Assembly (NCBI GenBank): GCA_016789005.1
Contig: JAEURA010000254.1
Coordinates: 37,837 to 101,836, forward strand
From: Anaerolineae bacterium
GTDB lineage: Bacteria; Chloroflexota; Anaerolineae; Aggregatilineales; Phototrophicaceae
Length of the DNA: 64,000 bases
Direction of reading: 5' to 3'
A program made the position numbers and the translations under genes. The notes beneath the pieces are model-generated. The model ran no database searches, was not told where the DNA came from, and was given only the letters and a program-made list of their open reading frames with translations. Shown here piece by piece: positions 29,989 to 38,873 of the stretch. Each line of letters opens with the position of its first letter. Position 1 is the first letter of the stretch.

Positions 29989-31395
29989 TCAGGCGAACTG
30001 CGGCAGATACTCGGCGAACTCTGCCAGCAGATCATCCAGCATAGCGCGCGCGACGGCGATGTCGGTCACCATTGGGTCGAGCAGCAGTGCTTGCAGCGCC
30101 AGGGAGCGGTCCCCTTTCACCGCTGCTTCGACGACGATCTCGGTGCGGTGCAGCTCACGGCGGCAGAGTTCGGCAATTGCCGGAGGCAGCGGCGGAAAAC
30201 TCAACCCCTGTATGCCCATTGCCGAGACTACACCAGGCACTTCGATGATGGCATCGTTGGGAAGATTGGGGATCAAGCCGCCGTTGTTGGGGATATTGAG
30301 CTGGTGGCTGTAATAGTCGGTATCCCAGTGAAGCGCCTCGATAATCTCAGGGATCGGCTCCTCAAGGATGGCGAACCGTGACAGATTCGCCAGTTCTTCC
30401 ACCGCCATTTCGCCGTTGACGATGGACCGCGCCAGCGCCCAGCGCTCCGCGCGCCGCTTCCGGTTCCCATCCCAGCTCTGCAATTTCAGGTCATACTTCA
30501 CCCAGGGCTGCGTGACCGGATCATGCGTATAGGCGATGTACTCACACATGTGGCTGTCGCCCGCCGTCGGCATCATGCCGAAGATCTGGAACATGTCGCG
30601 GGTGAGCGGTTCGAACTCGGCGTATTTCTCGCTGAACCAGCGTTCACGCAGCAGCGGATAAAGGTCCTCCCCCGTATGGCGGTCCGTGATGCTGGTGACC
30701 CACGAGAAGTGATTGATGCCGGCAGCCTTAATGTTGAGGTGTTCAAGCCCTGCCAGCGCCACCGGGATGAACCGGGGCATGTTCGAGGCGTCGGTATGCA
30801 CGTGGAAGTGCGCCGGCACTGCCAAACTCCAGCGGTCAGCAAGGACGTATGCCGCCATCGCGTATCCCCACAACAGTTGGTGGCACAACCCCAGCACCTT
30901 GATGCGTGTGTACTTGTGGACGGCATAGCTCAGGCGGATCAGCGGATTGGTGACGTTGAGATACCAGGCATCTGGGCACAGCCTTTCCATGTCACGGGCA
31001 ATATCCAGGATGACCGGCAGGTTGCGCGCTGTGTGCGAGAACGCCCCTGGACCGCCGTTTTCGGCATAAGGCTGCCGCACGCCATGGCGCAGCGGAATCT
31101 GCCAGTCCATCTCCCAGACCGTTTCGCGAGGTCCGACCTGAATGGACACGATCACGAAATTTGCGCCGGGCAGGACTTCTTCCCGGCGGGTGGAACTGGT
31201 GATCGTCATCTGTCCGCCCCACGCCTGGTTCATCTTCTCTGCCAGGCGGGTCATCAACGCCAATCCCTCTTCGTTGATGTCCACCAGTGCCAGTTCCGTG
31301 CCGCGCAAACGCGGATGGCGAATGATCCGCGCCAGCGCTCCCAAACCGAAAATTGCGCTGCCCGCGCCAATGATGACGATCTTTGGTGGCTTCAT
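29989..31395 (-). CDS. Glycoside hydrolase family 4 (NAD+/Mn2+-dependent, alpha-galactosidase-like)
   Basis: IIGAGSA, ENGGPG, LNVTNP, GLCH, AGINHF. Confidence 0.92.
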   Translation of the reverse strand: MKPPKIVIIGAGSAIFGLGALARIIRHPRLRGTELALVDINEEGLALMTRLAEKMNQAWGGQMTITSSTRREEVLPGANFVIVSIQVGPRETVWEMDWQIPLRHGVRQPYAENGGPGAFSHTARNLPVILDIARDMERLCPDAWYLNVTNPLIRLSYAVHKYTRIKVLGLCHQLLWGYAMAAYVLADRWSLAVPAHFHVHTDASNMPRFIPVALAGLEHLNIKAAGINHFSWVTSITDRHTGEDLYPLLRERWFSEKYAEFEPLTRDMFQIFGMMPTAGDSHMCEYIAYTHDPVTQPWVKYDLKLQSWDGNRKRRAERWALARSIVNGEMAVEELANLSRFAILEEPIPEIIEALHWDTDYYSHQLNIPNNGGLIPNLPNDAIIEVPGVVSAMGIQGLSFPPLPPAIAELCRRELHRTEIVVEAAVKGDRSLALQALLLDPMVTDIAVARAMLDDLLAEFAEYLPQFA

Positions 31396-31468
31396 AGTCT
31401 TTCGCGGTTCTCCTCAGCTATCGGGCGGTCACATCGGTATTCCGCCCATCGATTCTCTGCTTCAGGGC

Positions 31469-32509
31469 TTAAGGCTTGATATAGCGGGTCAGCGCATCAA
31501 ACTGAGCGTCGCGATGGGCAGCGGCAGCCGCCGGCGCATCAGCAGCGCTCAGCGAATGGTAGACGATGCCGTGTACTGCGTGGGCGACAGCAGCCGGGTC
31601 TTCCCTGCCGGGATAAGTGACGTTGCGCCCAACCATCACACCGCGCACATTCGAACGTGCCTTCACGCCGGACGCGAAGGAGGCGTACATCATGCTGGGA
31701 TCTTCCTCGGAAGGTCCCCCCAGAAGGATGATCGGCAGCGTCGTCGCCTGGGCTACACGGTCAAACCCCTCACAATACGGCAGCTTGAGCCAGGTGTACC
31801 GTGAAGAATCGCCAAAGGAAGCGCACACGCCAACCAGCTTGATCAGTTCCTCCATCGTGTTTTTCAGGACGTACCTGCCATCGGCTTTTTCGGTGCGAAG
31901 CGGCTCGACGAAGGACGGCAGATGATGCCGATTGAGATCGGTCACGGCGCGCGCGCAGTAATCCACCGTGTCAAGCGTCCGCTCATCGCTCGGATCAAAG
32001 CGCAGCAGCATCTTGCCGCCGTCCAACCGCTGTTCAGCAATGGCTTCCGCGCTGTATGCGCCAAAACGATCATCGATCTCGCCGACGACGCCTGCGACAC
32101 CGCCCCGCTGCATACACCCGATGAGGACCCGACCATCCAGAAACGAGGGTCCCCCACCCTGCTGCACCAGATAATCGACGATCAGGAGTTCGTCGATCAT
32201 GTCGGGCGTGCTCATGAAGCCGTCAAATTCGGTTGCCAGCAGCACGCGCAGAATTCGCCCAAGGTACTGCTGGCGGTCGCCCATCGCGAACGGCTGTCCG
32301 CCGATGTTGGTCACCCCTCGCCCTGGATGATCGGCGGCGAGAATCGTCAGCTTGCCGCGCGGCGCAAGTTGCGGGCGCTGTTTGCGCGACTGCGCCTGTC
32401 GGGTGATGATCGCCGGATCGTCCACCCGCACCCCGGTGATTCGGTCAAAGATGTAATCGGGGAAGAATGCCTTCAGGTCGAAGTGATACGGTTTTGCACC
32501 TTTTTTCAT
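31469..32509 (-). CDS. Class I aldolase-like TIM barrel (Cgl0159/DeoC-LacD superfamily)
   Basis: LAADHPGRG, GCMQRGG, DGGKMLLR, WLKLPY, LLGGP, VGRN; AGGAG RBS before ATG 32509. Confidence 0.75.
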   Translation of the reverse strand: MKKGAKPYHFDLKAFFPDYIFDRITGVRVDDPAIITRQAQSRKQRPQLAPRGKLTILAADHPGRGVTNIGGQPFAMGDRQQYLGRILRVLLATEFDGFMSTPDMIDELLIVDYLVQQGGGPSFLDGRVLIGCMQRGGVAGVVGEIDDRFGAYSAEAIAEQRLDGGKMLLRFDPSDERTLDTVDYCARAVTDLNRHHLPSFVEPLRTEKADGRYVLKNTMEELIKLVGVCASFGDSSRYTWLKLPYCEGFDRVAQATTLPIILLGGPSEEDPSMMYASFASGVKARSNVRGVMVGRNVTYPGREDPAAVAHAVHGIVYHSLSAADAPAAAAAHRDAQFDALTRYIKP

Positions 32510-32588
32510 GAACGTCTCTCCTGTTGAGCCGCCGGATCGGGCAGCCCTCGTTGTGGTGCAGTCGGAAACGCCAAATGACACACAGTCA

Positions 32589-33797
32589 TCAGAACAGCTT
32601 CTTAGGAATCGAACGAGGCGGCAAACGGACCAGAGGCGGCGGCGTCTCGCCGATGAGCGGCGCGGCATAGCTGATGAATTCGGACGTCACCATCGTGCCA
32701 GCCTCGTTCATGTAGGCGCGCGGCAGCCGTTTCTCCCGGTTGAAGACCTGCTCCAGCGGGATCGTGCCCGTGCGCACCAGGTATGGCGCGCTGGAAAGGC
32801 GCTCCAGCGTCACCATGAAATCCGTGCGGTCCTGCGCCAGATGCCGAACCGCCTCGACACCAACCTGCCAGGCTTCGCTCACGTCGCTCTCGCTCAGGCA
32901 GGCGCTCAAGGCGCGTCCGATCAAACCGGGGCGCAGCGTTCGTGCCTGCAGGCTGAGGCGTTCGCGCACCCGCCGGGCAAGGTACGCCGAGACGCCAGCG
33001 CCCAGCGTGAAGATCGGGCGTCCCATGCTGTCCACGGCGACGTTCGCCTCCTGTCCGATGGGCACACCTACCGCGTCGCGCAATCCCTCGGCGATGACGA
33101 CGAAGACGCGCCCCAGACACGAGTAGACCGCGCTCACCGCCTCTAGAAAGCGATCTTCCTCAAACGGGATTTCCGGCACGTAGACCAGATGCGGGGCATC
33201 CTCCGGTTCATGCCTTAACAGCGCCGACGAGGCAGCAAGCCATCCGGCGTCGCGTCCCATGGCTTCAAGGATGCTCACGGAGTCGAAGGTCGCCATTGCC
33301 TCAAGATCGCGCCCGGTGTCGCGCGCTGCCAGCGCCAGAAAACGCGCGGCGCTGCCATAGCCGGGCGAATGATCGGTGCCGGCGATGTCGTTGTCGATGG
33401 TTTTGGGCGCGCCGGCGACCAGCAGGGGATAGCTGAGCGCCTCGGCAGCCTGGGCAATGCGGTGGCAGACGAACATCGACCCGTTGCCGCCGATCTGCAG
33501 GACGAAACGAACGTTGTGCGCCCGGAGCGCCGCGAACAGGCGCTCATAATCCTCATCACGCAGTTTGTGGCGGCTTGCGCCCAGGGCAGCAGCCGGCGTC
33601 CGCGCCAGCGCATTCAGGTCGATTTCACGAGACAGATCGATGAGCGTCTCGCTCAGCACGCCTTCGACGCCATGCCGCGCACCGTAGACGGCGTGGAAAC
33701 AATTGTGGCGCTGAGCTTCGGCAAGCGCGCCGGCAAGGGTCGCATTGATGACCGGCGACGAACCGCCGGACTGCATGATCAGCAGGACGCCGCGCAA
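32589..33797 (-). CDS. Atypical phosphofructokinase-family kinase (Pfp-like scaffold)
   Basis: QSGGSSPVINATL, GGNGSM, PKTIDNDI, EAMGRDAGWL. Confidence 0.88.
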   Translation of the reverse strand: MRGVLLIMQSGGSSPVINATLAGALAEAQRHNCFHAVYGARHGVEGVLSETLIDLSREIDLNALARTPAAALGASRHKLRDEDYERLFAALRAHNVRFVLQIGGNGSMFVCHRIAQAAEALSYPLLVAGAPKTIDNDIAGTDHSPGYGSAARFLALAARDTGRDLEAMATFDSVSILEAMGRDAGWLAASSALLRHEPEDAPHLVYVPEIPFEEDRFLEAVSAVYSCLGRVFVVIAEGLRDAVGVPIGQEANVAVDSMGRPIFTLGAGVSAYLARRVRERLSLQARTLRPGLIGRALSACLSESDVSEAWQVGVEAVRHLAQDRTDFMVTLERLSSAPYLVRTGTIPLEQVFNREKRLPRAYMNEAGTMVTSEFISYAAPLIGETPPPLVRLPPRSIPKKLF

Positions 33798-33855
33798 CCT
33801 GGATACCTCACCCGGAACACATTGAGAGACGATACAGCATTCACCACCTCGCAGA

Positions 33856-34908
33856 TCATTTCATGCCGGTTGTGGCGATACCGCTCGTGATGTAGCGCTG
33901 CAAGAAGGCGAAAATGAAGGTGATCGGCAGCAGCGTCAGGACGGTCATCGCCAGGAGCAGGTCCCACTGGACTTGCAATTCGCCGCCAAACGACGCCAAT
34001 CCCACTTGAAGCGTGAACAGCTCGCTCTTGGAAAGCACAATCTTCGGCCACAAAAAGTCATTCCAGCGCCACATGACCGAAAAGATCGTCAGCACTGCCA
34101 GCGCTGGTCGCGCCAGCGGCAGGATGATTTGCAGGTAGATTCGCCACTCGCTCGCCCCGTCGATACGCGCCGATTCCAGCAGTTCATCCGGGATGGTGAG
34201 CATGTACTGACGCAGCAGGAAGACTCCCGTCGGTGTCGCCGCCGCCGGGATGATGACGCCAGACAGATTGTTGAGCATCCCCATACCCTGAAGGACGAGG
34301 AAGACCGGGATCAGGATGACGGACAGCGGAACGAGCAGCGTGCCGATGGTGGTGACCAACACAGCATCCCGACCAGGAAACTGGTACTTGCTGAGGGCAA
34401 ACGCCGCCATGCTGTTGATCAGCAGCGTGAGCGCAGTCGCCGCGACGGTGACGACGACGCTGTTGCCCAGATACACCCAGAAGTTGAACCGTTCAGTCCC
34501 CAACGTATAGTTTTCGAGTGAAAAATAGATCGTCTCGACGGGCGTGCGCTGATTGATGTTCACACGGATGATCTCCTCTGGCGCGGCAGGATCGACCATC
34601 TGCGCTTCGATGCCGACCCGCCGAACCTGGGCGAGATGCCGTATCGTGCCGTCTTCCAGGGTCACATCGTACAGTGCCAGCGGTTCATCATAGCCGGCAA
34701 CCGTCGCGACCTCCTGCCGATAGGGCATCAGGCGCGGTGGAAAACGAATGAGCTCCGCCTGAGTCTTGAACGACGACATCACCAGCCATATGACGGGACC
34801 AAACATCAGGAACGTCCCAAGCAGCAGGTAGCCGTAGGTCAGCCAGTCGCTCAAAGAGAGGCGCTTCTTACCGCGTGTGTTCGTCAGAAAGGTCAGCACT
34901 GTTCGCAT
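33856..34908 (-). CDS. Carbohydrate ABC permease (MalG-like) with extracytoplasmic insertion
   Basis: ELLESARIDGA, WRWNDFLWP, SGIATTGMK. Confidence 0.92.
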   Translation of the reverse strand: MRTVLTFLTNTRGKKRLSLSDWLTYGYLLLGTFLMFGPVIWLVMSSFKTQAELIRFPPRLMPYRQEVATVAGYDEPLALYDVTLEDGTIRHLAQVRRVGIEAQMVDPAAPEEIIRVNINQRTPVETIYFSLENYTLGTERFNFWVYLGNSVVVTVAATALTLLINSMAAFALSKYQFPGRDAVLVTTIGTLLVPLSVILIPVFLVLQGMGMLNNLSGVIIPAAATPTGVFLLRQYMLTIPDELLESARIDGASEWRIYLQIILPLARPALAVLTIFSVMWRWNDFLWPKIVLSKSELFTLQVGLASFGGELQVQWDLLLAMTVLTLLPITFIFAFLQRYITSGIATTGMK

Positions 34909-34924
34909 GTCGTCGCCTCGCCTC

Positions 34925-35956
34925 CTAGGAGATCTCGCCTCTGCGACCAAGCCGAAGCTGAATCACGGTGAGGATCAGCAGGAAGGCTGCCATCACCAGC
35001 GATGCGGCAGCCGCCAAGCCATATTCTTTCGTCTGGTTGGCAAAACCGGTCGTATAGACGTACTGCACCATATAGGTTGTCGCCGTCCCCGGTCCACCGC
35101 CGGTGAAGTTGAAGACCTGATCGAAGACCTGCACGGCGCGGATGAGCGAGAGCACCAGCACCACGAACAGATTCGGCATCAGCAGCGGCAGAGTGACATT
35201 CCAGAACGACTGCCAGGCAGTCGCCCCATCAATGCCCGCTGCTTCATAGAACTCCGTCGGTATCGCCTGCAAGCCCGCCAGCAGGATCAAGGTGAAGAAG
35301 CCCATCTGCGCCCAGACGCTGATGATGATGACCCAGAACTGCGCCCATTGGGCGTTGAGCAGAAAAGAGATTCGCTCGCCTCCCAGGCTCACCAGAATGG
35401 CGTTCAGTACGCCATCCTGAAGCAGAATCCAGCGCCAGATCAGCGCGACCACGACCGGTGACAGCAGTACCGGGTAGAAGAAGACGCTTCGAAAGAATCC
35501 CCGTCCGCGTATGTTGCGATTCAGCGACAGCGCCGTGATCAACGCCATGAAGACCAGCAGCGCCACCTGCGAAATGACGTAGCCGCCGGTATTGAGCACC
35601 GCTCGCCAGAAGAGGTCTTCCCTGCAAGAGTTCGGACTGAGGAAATCCTCGCAGGTGAACAGCTGATTGAGATTATCCATGCCTACGAAGGGGCGGTTCT
35701 CTGGAAACAACTCGGTGCCGCCGGTGAAGGCATAGTAGAAGTTCAGCAGCATCGGAAAAAGGATGAAGATGCCGAAGACGAGGAGATTAGGCAGAATGAA
35801 GACATACGCCATGCCCCGCACGCCCAGGATATTTTGCAGCGGGCGCATGAGGAGATCGACCAGATCAATGATCAGATGGTAGACCGTCGAAAGCAGCCAG
35901 TTGAAGGGGGACAAAATTCGCTTGATCGCCACCGGATCCTCCAGAAAGGCTGCCAT
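34925..35956 (-). CDS. Carbohydrate ABC permease (MalF-like)
   Basis: WAQMGF, EFYEAAGIDGA, QVFDQV, GGGPG. Confidence 0.92.
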   Translation of the reverse strand: MAAFLEDPVAIKRILSPFNWLLSTVYHLIIDLVDLLMRPLQNILGVRGMAYVFILPNLLVFGIFILFPMLLNFYYAFTGGTELFPENRPFVGMDNLNQLFTCEDFLSPNSCREDLFWRAVLNTGGYVISQVALLVFMALITALSLNRNIRGRGFFRSVFFYPVLLSPVVVALIWRWILLQDGVLNAILVSLGGERISFLLNAQWAQFWVIIISVWAQMGFFTLILLAGLQAIPTEFYEAAGIDGATAWQSFWNVTLPLLMPNLFVVLVLSLIRAVQVFDQVFNFTGGGPGTATTYMVQYVYTTGFANQTKEYGLAAAASLVMAAFLLILTVIQLRLGRRGEIS

Positions 35957-36031
35957 CACGGATAGGTGTACAGCGGACCATCAAGACGGCAAGCTGCGCC
36001 GCAGGGTGTGGAACTCTGTTTCGAAAACAGG

Positions 36032-36062
36032 CAGGGGCATGACGGCATGCGCCATGCCCCTG
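36032..36062 (-). terminator. Hairpin after SBP gene
   Basis: CAGGGGCATG / CATGCCCCTG 10-bp stem. Confidence 0.6.
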
Positions 36063-36073
36063 GGCTGGAATTC

Positions 36074-37363
36074 TTAGCTGGAAGCTGCCGCCGCCAGCGC
36101 ATCATCGACATCCTGCTGGATGCGCGCGACAGCGTCATCCATCGTCAGTTCGCCGGTGATCACCTGCGTCAGACGATCCCGAATGGGATTGTTGATGGCA
36201 AACGCCTGACCGCCGAACTGAAGCTGGTACGCCTGCTCGCTCAGCTTCGGCACTTCGTTGGCGAAAGTGACCAGCGCCGCCTGAGCAGCCGCCGAATCGG
36301 TCTGGAAGTTCAGTTCACCCAGTCCGAGGTGCGCCGGAATGAACAGCGTGCGCTCGGTGAATTCCTTCAATGTATCCACCTGAACCAGGTAGTCCATGAC
36401 GCGCGCCACTTCAGCCGGGTGTTCGGTTTCGGCGAAGGCGACCATCATCGTACCGCCGGGCATGCCAGTGCTGCCGCCAGGACCGGTCGGGTTTGGAACC
36501 GCCTGCCAGTCGAAGGCATCGCCAACATCGCGCACCAGCGCGCCGATCTGCCAGCTGCCCGACATGTACATGACCAGCTGACCGTTCACGAAGAACGGCA
36601 GGCCGGGGCTGTAGGTCCCACCCGCGCCAACCCAGACGTCTGCGGGAGTCAGGCTTTCCTGATGCCAGCGCACCAGCAGGTCCGCCATCGAGCGGAAGCC
36701 TGGTGTATCAATCGTGATACTGCCGTCGTCATTGAACAGCATCGCGCCCTGGCTGAATGCCGGACCGGCAAAGCGGTGACCGCTGCGATCCATCGCGATG
36801 GCATACTGGGTCTCGGTCGCCTCGGCGACAGCCTGAGCAGCCGCGGTCCACTCTTCCCAGGTCACCGCGTCCATGGTGTCGCTCGGCACTTCCACGCCCG
36901 CCTGCTCGAACAGCGTGCGGTTGATGTAGGGACCGGTCACCGTGAACTGATTCGGGAAGCCGAACAGCGCGTCAGCGGGATCATCCGCCGTGCGCAGTGC
37001 CGCCAGGACGGAAGGAGCGAAGCTGGCATCCCAGTAGGCGGCGTCGGCAACGTGGGGGCGCAGATCGAGATAGAATCCCTTATAGGCGTCGAAGTTGGTC
37101 ACGCGCGCCATATCGGGACCTTCGCCGGCTTCCACCTGCAGGGGCAGCTGTTCAAGGATCGACTGATACGCCACCGTGTCGACAATTACCTTGATATCCG
37201 GGTTTTCCGCCTCGAAGCGGTCGAGCAGATCGCGCAGCACCGCGCCTTCGCTGCCGTCGTCATACCAGGTGATGCGTAGTTCGACCGGGGCATCCTGCGC
37301 CGCGACCGAGGTCGCCAGCACGATCAGCGCCAGCAGTGTTACCAGTGTCAGCAGTTTCTTCAC
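36074..37363 (-). CDS. Sugar ABC transporter substrate-binding protein
   Basis: Signal peptide, GEGPDMARV, YINRTLF; directly upstream of two permeases. Confidence 0.9.
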   Translation of the reverse strand: MKKLLTLVTLLALIVLATSVAAQDAPVELRITWYDDGSEGAVLRDLLDRFEAENPDIKVIVDTVAYQSILEQLPLQVEAGEGPDMARVTNFDAYKGFYLDLRPHVADAAYWDASFAPSVLAALRTADDPADALFGFPNQFTVTGPYINRTLFEQAGVEVPSDTMDAVTWEEWTAAAQAVAEATETQYAIAMDRSGHRFAGPAFSQGAMLFNDDGSITIDTPGFRSMADLLVRWHQESLTPADVWVGAGGTYSPGLPFFVNGQLVMYMSGSWQIGALVRDVGDAFDWQAVPNPTGPGGSTGMPGGTMMVAFAETEHPAEVARVMDYLVQVDTLKEFTERTLFIPAHLGLGELNFQTDSAAAQAALVTFANEVPKLSEQAYQLQFGGQAFAINNPIRDRLTQVITGELTMDDAVARIQQDVDDALAAAASS

Positions 37364-37453
37364 GAGTTTCTCCTTGAAGTTTGAATGCCTAAGTATCCTG
37401 AGAGATCGCAGAGGATCGCGTCCTCCCCTTTCAATAAGCAGCCGATATGCCTC

Positions 37454-38782
37454 CTATAACTCTAACACAGGGAGTTCGAGCATCTGCGCCAGCGCCAGCA
37501 GCGCGGGCAGGTGATCGCCATAGGTCAGGGCAATGTGATGTTCTAAGCCCTCAGCAAGAATTGTCCCCAGAACTTCTTGCGCCGGACGCGCGAAACGGAT
37601 CAAGCCAGTTGTCCCGGAAAACGGCTTCTCGCCGCGAATGATTTCGCCGCGACCGAGGACCAACCGCATCTCCCCACCTGCCTCGCTCAGACGCGCCACC
37701 GTGACGGTTCCCGGCTTGAGCATAAAATCCATGAGCAGAGGCAGCCTCCGATTGCTGTGGAGGGTCGCCTTTGGCTGTTCCGCCTTATCCGCCATCGACA
37801 GCGGAGCCAGCCCACAGTGCCATAGCACCAGCGCGTCGCGTGCAGAATCCAGCGACACGATGTCGCTGCCAAACGCCGCTTCACCGCTGGCTTGCGCCAG
37901 GATGACCTGGGTGATCGTCCCATTGACATCCGCCTCGCATGACGCGGGGATGCCGCTGTCTGTCAGCATCGACATGGCGCCACACGCTGCACAGCCCAAC
38001 TCTGTGAAGAATTCGGGCCAGCAGCGCACCGCGCAGCCGTTCAGGGCTTCTTCCCCAGCGATCTTCTCCAGTGCGGCGTAGGTCGCCAGCGTGCCGCGTG
38101 TCGGCGCATCGTCGGTTATCCCCTGCAGACGCCCCTGCATCTCGGTCATCAGCGCATCGACCGCGCCGGCATCGACCGCGCGGGCGTCGGCAAAAACCCG
38201 CTCACGCAGCGGCACCGGCACAACTTCTACACCAAGACGTGCCCGAAGCTCGGCGGCATCGTAACGGCAGGTGTCGAAGCCTGTGGGATGTTCGCCGATC
38301 ACCCCAATCCGGGCAGACGACAGCGCACGACGAATGCGATTCGCCCGCACCAGCGCATCGAGTTGGGCGATCACGGCTGGATCGGATGGATCGGCATAGG
38401 CGGTGTGATAGCGCAGCCCGGCGCGGCGCAGAGCGTGCGCGCCCAGGTTGATTCCACAGAGGGAATTCAAACGAAGTCGCCCGCCGGTGTGTGGTTCAGG
38501 CAGCGCCCACAGCAACAGAGGCACATCGATCTGTTCGGCAATGGCGCGCACCATCGTGCTGTCGGCAAACGTCGCTTGCAGGACGACAACAGCATCGATC
38601 TCCAGCTCAGCAAGCTGATGCCCGCAGCGAATCGCCGCGTCGGCATCCGTCACCGGATCAGCGCCGCCGACCAACCGAAAACCGTGCGACTCCAGGCTGG
38701 TGCGCGCCGCAGCGATCATCTGCTCTGCATAGGGAACATCAAATGTTGTGCGCAGCAGTGCAGCAAATCCAACTGAAAACAT
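37454..38782 (-). CDS. L-fucose/L-arabinose isomerase family protein
   Basis: LNSLCG, RCWPEFF, CEADV, WHCG, HHIALTYG. Confidence 0.85.
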   Translation of the reverse strand: MFSVGFAALLRTTFDVPYAEQMIAAARTSLESHGFRLVGGADPVTDADAAIRCGHQLAELEIDAVVVLQATFADSTMVRAIAEQIDVPLLLWALPEPHTGGRLRLNSLCGINLGAHALRRAGLRYHTAYADPSDPAVIAQLDALVRANRIRRALSSARIGVIGEHPTGFDTCRYDAAELRARLGVEVVPVPLRERVFADARAVDAGAVDALMTEMQGRLQGITDDAPTRGTLATYAALEKIAGEEALNGCAVRCWPEFFTELGCAACGAMSMLTDSGIPASCEADVNGTITQVILAQASGEAAFGSDIVSLDSARDALVLWHCGLAPLSMADKAEQPKATLHSNRRLPLLMDFMLKPGTVTVARLSEAGGEMRLVLGRGEIIRGEKPFSGTTGLIRFARPAQEVLGTILAEGLEHHIALTYGDHLPALLALAQMLELPVLEL

Positions 38783-38873
38783 AAGTCATCCACAAAATCA
38801 ATCGGACACTCATTATGCCGTACCAAGCGGCACTTCGCAAAATCCTTAAAGGTGATAAAGCCGACGAAAGCGG

